From IMG/VR virus record IMGVR_UViG_3300031787_000135, positions 1-59,657 of that record: a stretch of DNA of 59,657 nucleotides; one strand, written 5' to 3'. The DNA is from a virus (taxonomy: Duplodnaviria; Caudoviricetes). Positions within the stretch are counted from its first letter, which is position 1, and each line of letters opens with the position of its first letter. Shown here one piece after another: positions 9,886 to 20,600 of this stretch. Under the pieces are notes generated by a model. That model had not been told where the DNA came from. It saw nothing but the letters and a program-made list of their open reading frames with translations, and ran no database searches. Made by a program: the position numbers and the translations under genes.

Positions 9886-11115
9886 ATGGCTTGGAAAAAG
9901 TGCTGCTGTTCAAACGAATGCCTGATCTTCTCCGACGACTTCACAAGAGACGAGACGGGAACTCCGTTGGGTAATCGAGTCTCAGCTCCGTTCTCAGGCA
10001 AGGGTTGGTGCGACACTCCTGGCGACTACTACATCGTGGATACCCCAACGTGGAGAGCCAGGTGCGAAGTCCCAGACGCGAAAGCGATCTGCAACGTGAA
10101 GCACCCTGACGAAGTTGGCTCGATGTACGTCTCTGTGGTGACTCAAGAGGAAGAGAACCGAGCTGGTTCGGAATACTCTGACGGTCAGAAGTGGCGAATC
10201 TACCTAAACGTCGTCAGGACGGTCTCGGGCGATCCGGAAGAGTGCGAGGCGACTTCGTACTACTTCGCGGAGTACGAGCGGCTTGGTGGGGCTGCTGGAG
10301 GGTCTGCGGATCCCGCCGACCGGAGTTGGATCCGACTTGGAGTTGGCAGCGGAGGCAGCGAATCGATCTTGAAACAACTGCAAGTTTTCTCCGAGACGGG
10401 AGACTCAAGGCGTCTCTGGGCGACAATCGACGAAGATAGCTTCTGCGCCGGTGTCGACAATTCCGTACTTGGCTCCGTGTCGATGGAGTCGCCAGGATTG
10501 TTTGCAAATGGATGGTACAGCGGCTTTGGGATGAGCGAACAAGACATGCTCGCCGACAACTTTGAGTTCTATCGGCACTACAACAGCAACCCACCTGAAA
10601 CCAGAGATCTTAATTGTCCGCGATGCGGATTGTGCCTTTGCGACGACAACACCGAAGAAGGAACCGACAACCAGATTGAACTACCCGCAGTGCTGAACGT
10701 TTGCATTTGGCCTGACCCAGAAGATTGTGCTCGCTTGATAAACCTCGAGCCGTGTTGCTTTCAGATCGAGTACGATCGAGTTAGCAATGCGTGGAAGCAT
10801 GATGAGCAGCAGTGTTGTGGTCAGTTCATCGTCGAGTTTTCTTGCGCTGCTGCGACAGGGATCAATAAGTACGTGCTGGCGAACATTGGCGGTTGCACGC
10901 AGACAGGTGAAGGCACCAGCACTCGCAACCCGATCGACTACAGATGTGCGAGCGAGACGGGGGAGTCATGCTTCCTTTTTGGTCCATACGTGATAACCGA
11001 GCTAGATTTTGCTTGCCTTTGTCGCGACACTATCTTCGGGACTGGTTCGTGCGGCTACTACGTTACGGTAAGTTCCGATGACTGTTGCTCAAGGAGAGAT
11101 TGCAGTGGTGTGTAG
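9886..11115 (+). CDS. very Cys-rich putative virion protein, 409 aa (about 29 Cys)
   Basis: GGAG RBS; starts MAWKKCCC; CC and CxC clusters; no signal peptide. Confidence 0.7.
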   Translation: MAWKKCCCSNECLIFSDDFTRDETGTPLGNRVSAPFSGKGWCDTPGDYYIVDTPTWRARCEVPDAKAICNVKHPDEVGSMYVSVVTQEEENRAGSEYSDGQKWRIYLNVVRTVSGDPEECEATSYYFAEYERLGGAAGGSADPADRSWIRLGVGSGGSESILKQLQVFSETGDSRRLWATIDEDSFCAGVDNSVLGSVSMESPGLFANGWYSGFGMSEQDMLADNFEFYRHYNSNPPETRDLNCPRCGLCLCDDNTEEGTDNQIELPAVLNVCIWPDPEDCARLINLEPCCFQIEYDRVSNAWKHDEQQCCGQFIVEFSCAAATGINKYVLANIGGCTQTGEGTSTRNPIDYRCASETGESCFLFGPYVITELDFACLCRDTIFGTGSCGYYVTVSSDDCCSRRDCSGV

Positions 11116-12214
11116 CTGTCCGCATTGCGATAAGGCTTGCTCAAATGACATCCGTCCATACGTTTGTACGTGTGGTGCCGTGCTTGGCAAGCGAGGCTGG
11201 TTGACTACCGTAACAGTCAAGCCGATCAGTGGCAATGTGATTCTTGACCGCGAGGCGAAGAAAGCCATTGAGGGACGCAGAGCGTGGTCGAAGCTGCATC
11301 GCATTGAGCTCGGGACTCCCGAAGCTTTCGAGAAGTGGAAGCGGTACATGCCAGCAGGTTGCGAGTGCCGCAAGAAGGTTGCTGCGATTTTGATCCGACT
11401 CCCGCCGAGGTACGGATCTCCCGAGGAGTGGTTTGAGTGGACCGTGGAGTTTCACAACGAAGTGAATACAGCATTGGAGAAGCCTGTTGTGTCGATGGAG
11501 CGTGCCTACGTGCTTTGGCGTAACCGCAGGCCGTCCACAAGCAAGACTCGTTGCATTGTGTCTGTCGCCGTTGGTCTTGAGATGCTAGAGATAGCCAAGG
11601 AGACGTGGCCGCTCATGCAGGCTTACGCCGATCGGTGCGGAGCCGACTTCATTGGACTCGACAACGACACAGAGGACTGGTGGGGGCTCGAGAAGTTCCG
11701 CACGGGTCATTTTGCGAGCCAGTATGACGAAACGCTGTTTTTGGATGCCGATTGCGTGGTCCGAGAGCAATCGCCGTCTATTTTTGATGAGAATCCCGAA
11801 TCGATCGGTATTTGCGACGAATCCAGCAAGTTTTCACACCGACATCGAGAATGGATGACGAAAGAGCGAAAGTCCGTCGAGTCTCGTTCAAAAGTGAAGA
11901 TCGAGGACACGGAGCGTTCGGTCAACTCAGGCGTGGTCCTGTGTCGCCGGGAATCCAGCGGTATTTGGCGCAGACCGGAAGTTGACATTGGCACCATGCA
12001 CTGCGCAGAGCAAGTGTGGGTAGGCAAGCAGATCGACGATTTGGTCGCACTTGGGGCTTCGCTCAGGCACCTCGATTATCGATGGAACTGGCAATACTGG
12101 TACTCGGGATTTGCCGATGGACTGGAAAACGCCTATATTGTTCACTTTTCTAGCGCATCGAATCGCTTGGCGTTGATCAAAGATTACATTCGGACCCAGC
12201 AAGTGGCTGGTTAA
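11078..12214 (+). CDS. ERV/ALR-like sulfhydryl oxidase domain fused to a GT-A glycosyltransferase (GT8/GT34-like), with an N-terminal Cys cluster
   Basis: ERV pattern GxxxWxxLH..P..CECR..FEWTVEFHNEVNTALEKP; GT pattern YDETLFLDADC (DxD), NSGV, EQ, RWN, IVHF. Confidence 0.75.
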   Translation: MTVAQGEIAVVCSCPHCDKACSNDIRPYVCTCGAVLGKRGWLTTVTVKPISGNVILDREAKKAIEGRRAWSKLHRIELGTPEAFEKWKRYMPAGCECRKKVAAILIRLPPRYGSPEEWFEWTVEFHNEVNTALEKPVVSMERAYVLWRNRRPSTSKTRCIVSVAVGLEMLEIAKETWPLMQAYADRCGADFIGLDNDTEDWWGLEKFRTGHFASQYDETLFLDADCVVREQSPSIFDENPESIGICDESSKFSHRHREWMTKERKSVESRSKVKIEDTERSVNSGVVLCRRESSGIWRRPEVDIGTMHCAEQVWVGKQIDDLVALGASLRHLDYRWNWQYWYSGFADGLENAYIVHFSSASNRLALIKDYIRTQQVAG

Positions 12215-12245
12215 AACACAAACGTTTGATTTAAGGATTCTGTAA

Positions 12246-14588
12246 ATGCCGATCGTACTCAGACACCAAGCCGCTGGAATTGCGCCAGAACAAGAGAACC
12301 CACGGACCAAGTACGGCATGGCGATGGTCCTCCAGCAGCAGCGAGCCGACCAGCAGATGCGTCAGAGAACGCAAGACCAGCAGTACGACATGCAGCGCAT
12401 GGGCGCGATGGGTGCAATGCGGGAGATGCGTGAGCCGTCGATCGGGGAAGACGACGCAATGCTCGAGCAGGAGATCCGTAGCGGTTTGTACGATCCCGAT
12501 ACGGTCAGGGCGCTACGGCAAGATCAGCGTGCCATGAGGCAGATCATGCGAGACACGAACATCGACGGCACTCAACGAGCGCAAGCATTGGGGAACCTGC
12601 AATCCCGCATGCGAATGTCCAGGTCGACTGGCAAGGTTCAGCCGATGATGCAGCAGATGGGTCCAGCAGCACTGCAAACGAAGCCACCCATGACTGAGGC
12701 TGAGTATTTCAGCGACGAGAAGAACTACGCCAATGCGTATGCAGCCGCGCAGGCTAGGCTCGAAGCGGCAGGTCCAGACACCCCTGTTACTCCAGAGAAC
12801 ATCCAGGCGCAGATGCACAACGACTACTTGGCGAAGCAGAAGTTCCTGCAAGGCCTGTCGCAGCCTCAGCCAAACGCTCCTGCGGCAGCACCAGCGGGTC
12901 AACCCCAAGCGTCGTACTCTGGAGGTCAGCCGACGTTTGGTGGGTCTCCAGTGATGGCACAAGGCGGGATGCAGCCAACGGCAAACATGGGCAATGCTGC
13001 TGTGCCGATTTCTAGTGGTGGGCTAGATCCAAAGCGAGTTATTGCAGAGCTTGAAAGCTACCCTCCAAAATACAAGCTGGCAGATGGCACGGTGGTGGGT
13101 GCAGTGCAAATGAGCGACGGATCTTTTAAGCCTGATTTGGGTGGGGTTCAGCAATCCAACGCTCCTGCCGGTCCAGGTGCGTATCAGCCAGGGGATTACA
13201 CCCCGCAAGAAGTGTTTGGTGCGCCGAACGTGCTGACAAACACTGCACAACCTATGCAGCAGCAGCCTGCTCCAATGCAAACGCCAGCTATGCCAGCACA
13301 ACAGCAGCCCGAGAAGAAGGGCAAGCGGGGCTACATCTCCATCGCTCCTGGTGGCGGTCAGTCTGCTGGTCAACCTGCTGGTCAGGCTTCTGGCGGTTGG
13401 AAATCAAAGAGCACCGGCGTGTACAGTCCAGACGGCAAGTTCCTCGGTGATCCGAGCCTTTACGACGAAGCCGGCGCAAACTACATTCGGCAGCAAGCAG
13501 CCCCGACTGCGGCAGCTAAGCCGCCAGTTGCGACCAATGGACGTGATGCTGCTTTCAACGCCGCCCTGGGCAGCAACCTGGATACGGCTTACGATCTTGC
13601 CAACATGGACAGGAGCCCTGGGACCAACTATTTTAACCCAGAAAATCCAGAGTATGCTCGGATGCGTGGTGCCGACCCAAACATCATAAACCCACCAAAG
13701 AACGTTGGGAAGTTCAAGGGTAGGTTCGGATTGGGCGGGGTGGACTACGGCATCAATCCCGCGACGGGCAACCGTGTCACCATGTCAGTGCGTCCAGGTG
13801 GTGGGCTGGAATACGACGAGCCAACTGGAGGTCCAAGAAGGGGCGGCGTGACGGTCATGGGTGGCAAGAACAAGTCTGCACCGGCTGCGGAGCCGCAGCG
13901 TGTTGGTGTTGAGGTTTCTCCAGGGGAAGGTGTTGACCCTAAGTACGCAGCTCTCCCTGTTAGCACGCCTGCAAATAGCTCTGATGCTGCGGCTTACCAG
14001 TACCAAAGTCCGCTCGCTCAAGCCGCAAGTGCTGCAATGAGCTCACCCCAGCCTAGTGCTCCTGCGGCTCCAGCAAGCAAGTACGGGAGATCGGCTTCCA
14101 CCAGTGCGTTAGGTCGAGAGGTAGACGCTGCGATGCAAGCTGGAGAGGAACTCGAGGCTAACGAGCAGCAACGAGCGGTGGAGATCGCAACTTCGCCTTC
14201 GCCTGAGCCAATGAGTGATGCGGAGCGAAAGAGACTGGGACTGCCTACCCTCAAAGAGATGGAGGAAATGCGAAGATCTCTCGACAGAAACAAAACCATG
14301 GGGGGGATTGGTCTCGGTGGCACAGGTCGCGCAGCAGGTAGTTACGAGCCGATTAAGGGTGATAAGTTGCCGAAAGGCAAAGGAGCTTCGGCGGCTGCAC
14401 AGCAAAAGAAAGCCTCTCCGCAGCAGACAGGCATGTCGCAATCACTAGCTGACTTTGCAAGCAAGCAGCGTCCTGATGTCCAAAACGCCATCAAAGAAGC
14501 ATACGACTCCAAGCTGAGCGAGAGAGCCAGAGAGAACGCCATTAGGTTCTTGTTGACTCAAGGAATAGACCTATCGGAAATACTGTAG
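12246..14588 (+). CDS. low-complexity Q/P/A/G-rich internal virion (ejection) protein, 780 aa
   Basis: Composition and position directly before the giant protein. Confidence 0.55.
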   Translation: MPIVLRHQAAGIAPEQENPRTKYGMAMVLQQQRADQQMRQRTQDQQYDMQRMGAMGAMREMREPSIGEDDAMLEQEIRSGLYDPDTVRALRQDQRAMRQIMRDTNIDGTQRAQALGNLQSRMRMSRSTGKVQPMMQQMGPAALQTKPPMTEAEYFSDEKNYANAYAAAQARLEAAGPDTPVTPENIQAQMHNDYLAKQKFLQGLSQPQPNAPAAAPAGQPQASYSGGQPTFGGSPVMAQGGMQPTANMGNAAVPISSGGLDPKRVIAELESYPPKYKLADGTVVGAVQMSDGSFKPDLGGVQQSNAPAGPGAYQPGDYTPQEVFGAPNVLTNTAQPMQQQPAPMQTPAMPAQQQPEKKGKRGYISIAPGGGQSAGQPAGQASGGWKSKSTGVYSPDGKFLGDPSLYDEAGANYIRQQAAPTAAAKPPVATNGRDAAFNAALGSNLDTAYDLANMDRSPGTNYFNPENPEYARMRGADPNIINPPKNVGKFKGRFGLGGVDYGINPATGNRVTMSVRPGGGLEYDEPTGGPRRGGVTVMGGKNKSAPAAEPQRVGVEVSPGEGVDPKYAALPVSTPANSSDAAAYQYQSPLAQAASAAMSSPQPSAPAAPASKYGRSASTSALGREVDAAMQAGEELEANEQQRAVEIATSPSPEPMSDAERKRLGLPTLKEMEEMRRSLDRNKTMGGIGLGGTGRAAGSYEPIKGDKLPKGKGASAAAQQKKASPQQTGMSQSLADFASKQRPDVQNAIKEAYDSKLSERARENAIRFLLTQGIDLSEIL

Positions 14589-14647
14589 TGACCCTAGCGT
14601 CAATTTAACTGCAAATAAACGTCTCGCAAATCTAAAGAATCAAATAA

Positions 14648-17600
14648 ATGAGCACGACCGACATACTAGACTTAGTAAAAAAAGTGAAGAGTGAAATGCC
14701 TGCGGGAGCATTTTCGCCAGCCGAAGGAAAATCTTTGGTTTACGGTCAGCAACAAGGTGGCGAGACCGTTGATCCTAATTCGCTGACTCCTGAGGCCAGG
14801 GACGTTTTAAGGCTTGTCGGAAAGATAAAGCAAGGTTCGGTAGCGGTTGAATCGAAAGCCGCAGGGAGCTCAATTGATTCTCAATTATCGCCAAAATACG
14901 ATAGTCGCGAGCAAGCAATTATCGATCGCAACCTAGCGTCTTTTGCCGACGACAAGCTTGCGGGTGAAGCGGCTGGAGACATAGAGGTTCAGCAACGTCG
15001 GCAGCAGCGAGCCTACGCTGAGCAAGCGACGCCAGAAGTAGTCGCGCCAGTAAAAGAACTGCTTTCGAGTAGCGGCGATCGCGCCAAGGTTCTTGGTATT
15101 GTCCGCAAGATGACACCAGAGCAAAAAGAGGAGACGTTGAGATTGGCTGCTGGGGTGGCTCAGCAGATGGGTGACGACCGTGGTGGTGCGGCTGGTCGAA
15201 CCCTCGGAGCATTGAGTCTTGGCGTGTCTAAAGGCGTTTCCCAGCCGATCATGGAACTCGTTGGCATGGGTGGCACGCAAGAGGAAATCGACTACATTCG
15301 AAAACTTGACGCTATAGCGGCTCAGGAGTTCGCACCAGCTCGCCCAGGAGACCCTTGGTATGAAAGCGGTCCCCTGCAAGCCGCCCAGATGGCTCCATGG
15401 ATGGCGACCGTCGTCGGAGGCAACGTAGCGGGTACTGCGGCTGGTAAGATCGGTGGTCAGTTGCTTGCTAGGGGTGCTGCGGCTGGTGTTCCTGGAGCCA
15501 AAGCGGCGTTTCAGGCTGCGGGCGCGGTTGGTAGGGCTCCAACTCTCCTCGGTCGCCAAGCTATGACGACAAGGGGCGTGTTCGAGGGTGCTGGCGGTCT
15601 CGCTGGCATCACCGCAGCGTCGTTTCCTGGACAGTACGCTCAAGAGGTCGATTCGCTCAAAGAACTCGGCATGCAGGACGACTGGAAGTTGCGATTGCTC
15701 GCCGGCGGCACAGCAACGGTCGGAGGTTTGATTGAAGGTATCGTTCCAAATCCGTTTGGTGGCACTGTCTCGCTCAAGCAAGGAGCGATGAAGGCAGCTC
15801 GCCAGTATTTGTGGGAAGCAATTAAGAAGGCTCCTGCTGAACTTACGGAAGAAGGACTGCAAGGATTTACGAGCGGACTCGGTGAGTACGTCGCTCAATA
15901 CATTGCAAGTGAAAAGGACCTCGACTTTGGCGATGGAGAGACCGTCAAAAGCAACGGCGTGAAGAAAAAAACGATCGCCGATGCGTTCAAGAAAGGTTGG
16001 GAGCAAACCAAAGAAGCAGCGTTGCCGATGGCGTTCTTGCTTGGCGTTCCTGCGGTCGGTGGTGCTGGCTTGTCGGCAATTCGAGCTCGCCGATACCAAC
16101 TCGAGCAGATTCGTGCCAAGAACTTTGTCTCGGAGTCGGACGCCAAGGAAGCTGGTATTGAAGGCACCAGCCGGCGCGAACGCATGGACAACCTGAACGG
16201 TGAGATGCAGGATCTCGACAACCAAGAGAAGCAGATCACCACGCAGTTGGACCAGGAGTTCATCAACCAGCAGCAGCAACAGGCTCAGGCTCCACAGCCG
16301 CAAGCTGGCGTGCAACCCGAGCAAATGGGTGCTGGATCGCAGGTCGACGAAGCTGGCGAGCTTGTTCCGCAGGCTTCCCAGACCGATTTAGACAGGGAGT
16401 TTGCCGAAAGGATGGCTGCTCGGGGTGGTAACGTTTCCACTCCACCGCCAACTTCCACTCCGACAACGCCGCCAGTGGTTCCGCAGCAGACTCCAGCCTC
16501 GTTTGCTGCGAGGATGGCTAGAGGCGAGCAAATGACATCGCCAGAAGACCAGCAGTACCGCATAAACAATGCTGCGGAGATTGAGGCTGAACTGCAAAAG
16601 CTGGTGCAGGCACCCGGCACGCCAGCACTCACACCCGAGCAAGCAGACCAGTCGGATAGGGAGTTCGCTGATCGCAAGGCTGCTGAGCAGGTGCCACAAT
16701 CCGGTCTTACCATCGACAGCATACGGCAAGCTGCATCCAGTCAGCCTATTGGCAAAGGCGGCAACGCTTCTGTGTACGGAATTAGTGACGACTTAGTGTT
16801 GCGAGTCCCTAAAGGCGTGAAGGAGATTATCGATGATTTCGAGCCAGTAGATCACCCGTTGACGAAACTTGGAGTTAGAGCTGGTCAGGCGGCGTTTGAA
16901 AACTCGCAAGGCGTTGGGGTATTGCAGCGGCAAAGAGGCGAAGAAGCCGGTCTCTCCCTGCCTCGCCTTGTGCCAGAAGGCCAAGGAGATGCGGTTTACA
17001 GCAGTCGCGTCAAGAAAGCGGCTGCGATGCCGCAATCGGCTTACGACGAGCTAGCGAGCACGATGTTGCAGATAAACAACGCTGGCTACCTAGTAGACCC
17101 TTCTAAATCAAGCAACTTGTTGATCGACAGCGAAGGACAGCAGTTCAATTTTGTTGACACAGTAAAGGCTGACGACAAAGAAAATGTCCGCAATCAGCAA
17201 CTTGAGGGAGCCAGGAAAAACGCTGCTTCCTATTTGCTAGTCATGTTGATGGGCAACACCTATGCCGGACTCTACAAGGGAGATCCGCTTACTGGCGACT
17301 ACAAGCAGATATACGACAAGGTGATGTCTGCTGCCGCAAGTCAAGGGCTCGAAACAGAAATGACTTCGAGCGGTAAATACTCGATGGATCTTGCTGGTGT
17401 CAAAGAACCAGAGTCGCAACAACCTCCAGTTGCGCCACCGCTAAAAAATTCGTGGCAAATGAGTCGCGCCGAGGCTCAGGAGTTAGGCTGGGGCGAAAGC
17501 TGGTCGTCGGTCATACGTCGAGGCATCGATCAAGGTAAAGACGTTCCAGTATCAGTGCGGGACGAGTTGTTCGCTTACGACAAAGAGCGCGAGTCGAAAT

Positions 17601-20600
17601 CGTCTAAGCGAGAGGAAGTGCCAAAAGCGAAAGTTGGCGATACCGTTGTGCGATATACCCACAAAGATGGGTCTGGACTGCTAAATAACAACGGACTAGA
17701 TCGCTCGAAGCTGACCGACGACGAGGAAGCGGAGTTGGTCGAGTTGATGGATTTTGGTCTGCAGCAGCCAGCGAGCGGTACGTCTGGCGTGTTCTACTTC
17801 ACCAAGGAAGGGGAGCAGAAGCACAAGCGAATGATCGACCTGCTCTCCAAAGCATCGAAAAAGGGCGTGGTGAGATCGGAGACGGTTTTAGATCAGGAGC
17901 CGTCTTGGGAGTCAGAGGACGGTCAAATTGCAGTTATGCCAAAGCAGGGTCGCAAGCCAGATGATCGCCCTTCCGGTGAGCAAGCACAGTCAAGCGACGT
18001 TGTGTCGCCGGAGTCGGAAATCGATGCGGCGATGGAGGAGGAGTTCAAGAGGCAACTTGCGCAAAAGAGCAAGGACCAGCAGCCACCTCCGAGCGAAGGC
18101 AAGCCACCAAAGAAGCGATCGCCTCGCAAAAAGAAACCTTCAACGGAGAAGCCACCGCAAGCAATTCGATCGAAAGAAGAACGCAAGAAGGAGATTGGCG
18201 ATCTTTGGAATCAGTTAATAAGCGAGTCTAAAAACAGGCTTCCTTCAGGACTCGATCCAGAACTACTAAAGATTGCTGCAAAACTAGCTATTGCGGTGAT
18301 CGAAGACGGTGCTTTGACGTTTGCGGAGTTTGTAAAAGCGTCAGTAGCTAACATTCCAGGCGACATGCTTGATCGTCTCAAGCCGTACATTGAGTCGGCA
18401 TGGAGGACTGCGCACCGCAACAAGATGACTGAGGATGCTGGCGGTAAATTCGACGACTACATGAAGAAGCCGCAACAACCTAAGCAAGAGCAACCCGAAG
18501 CTAAGAAGCCAGAGCCGAAGGAGCAACCCGAAGCAGAGAAAGAAAGCGAAGTTGACAAGACGCTAAGGCAAGCTGGCTTGAACGTCGAGAAGCTGGCTGA
18601 TGGTACGTGGCAGATCACTGGAAACACTTACGAACACAGCAAGGAGATAGGCGATGTTAAACGCGAAGTACGGGAGCTTGGCGGATATTGGGACAAGTAC
18701 GGCAAGAAGTGGACGTTCAAAGCCGACCCTCGACGAGCAATTGCTGATCGACTCGTTAGCAAAGGAGTTGGAACAGAACCCGCCGATGATGGAGTCAGCG
18801 CTGAACAGATGGCGCGCGAACGTGCTAGACGTGCCGAGGACGAGAAACCCGACGTCCAAACAACTAGCGAGTCTTATGTTGCCAGTGTTGATCAGTCCAC
18901 AAGAGATCTTATCGGAAGAGGGCTCAAGTTTGGAATGACCGAGGAGGTTGTCAGTAATCAGATTGAGGATGTCGGTAGAGTTGTGAACGCTGCCGAAAAC
19001 GGTCGTCCTATGTTTGTGATCGGATCTGCTCCAGGCACTGGCAAGACGTTCGTGCTTGGTGGTGTGATTAGGGAGTTGCGAAAACGCGGGTTCAAGAAGT
19101 TTGTTTACGTCACGCAAAATCAAGACCTTGTTTCGCAAGTGCAAAACAACCTAGCCGACTACGGTCTTGAAGGCGTGGAGTTTGTCACGTACACGAAAGC
19201 CAGGACAGCACCTCCAAGCACTTCCGGCGCGGTACTGCTGCTAGACGAAGCACATTCGGCAAAGAACCTTGATAGAGAGACTGGCAAAAAGCTATCGAGC
19301 ATGGTGCAGTCCTCTGACTTTACTGTGTACGCAACAGCTACTCCATTTGAAAACGTCACGGAAGCTGAGTACATCGGCTACAGCGGTATATTTGACGACT
19401 TGAAGGTTCAGTTTGACAGACCTTCCAATAAGCCAGGAGGGAGACCGTTCCGCAATGAACTGTACGGCTTTAAGGCTTGGGCGTGGATGTTTGGCGCAAA
19501 CGTCTACTTCGTGAAGCAAGAAGACCGTAACGGAGAGACGCGTTTTGTGCCAGTTGTCTGGTGGGATAAACAGCAGACATCGGAAGAGGACCAACTTGCC
19601 GCAAACGAATGGCTCAAGAAGCGTGGCGTTTACGTGCAACGACCGATGGCACTTCCTGTCGGAATGGTTAACAGCGAGTTGCGATCAATAGAAGCTGACC
19701 CGTACTGGGCAGACATCTCTAACCAAGTGGTTGATATCTACGCTGATGCCGAATCGGAAGCCGAGAGCAACGTTGAGCGAGGTCAGATCAAGGCGCACAA
19801 GGCAAACGTGTTGAAGCGGCTACTAGAAGCGTCTAAGGTAGATGCTGCAATAGCAAGAGCCAAGGATCTCATTGGGAAAGGCGAAACGAACGACCCGCAG
19901 GTCATTATTTTCGTCAACACGAAAGCGGATACCGACATCGGGACTTATACGCTTAGCGAACCGTACCGAAAAGAGTACGGAATCAAAGGCAAGGATGCCA
20001 AGCGTCGATACACTCCATCCGAGATGGATGAAATGATGCAGCGGTGGTACGAAGCAAAAGCAATTGCGAAAGAGATGGGTGATAATGCTGGACCTCCGCC
20101 GTTTGCGCCATTTGTCCACAAAATTGCAATGGCGATGGACGCCGCTGGGGTAATGGAGAAGTTCCCGAGCGTGATCGACAAGATCATGGATGCGTTCCCA
20201 GGTCAGGCCGTTGAGTATTCTGGTAGAACTGCATCGCAAAACTCTGACAACCTCGCTAAGTGGAAAAATAACGAAGCCAAGTTGATCGTCGCAACAATGG
20301 ACAAGGGCGGTACTGGATTGTCGTTCCACGACACGACTGGCAAGATGCCTTCTCGCTACCAAGTAAATATGAACCTGCCTTGGAGCGGAACAAAGGTCGA
20401 GCAAGTGTCTGGTCGGCTGGCTCGATACGGGACCGCAAAGCCTGTCAACATTGAGTGGCTATTCGCAAGCAACATTCCGTTTGACCGCGAGCTTAGCAAG
20501 ACCGTTGGATCTCGCATGCGATCGATGGCTGCGGCAGTGCAGGGTCGCAAGAGTGGTGAAGCGAAGCAGATCAGGGACTTCGATTTTGAGGAGTCGCCGG

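Noticed and set aside
4934-11115. Diversity-generating retroelement target
   Set aside because: No reverse transcriptase and no adenine-variant template/variable repeat pair seen in the window
12246-16320. CAG runs as a repeat locus
   Set aside because: They simply encode Gln-rich low-complexity linkers
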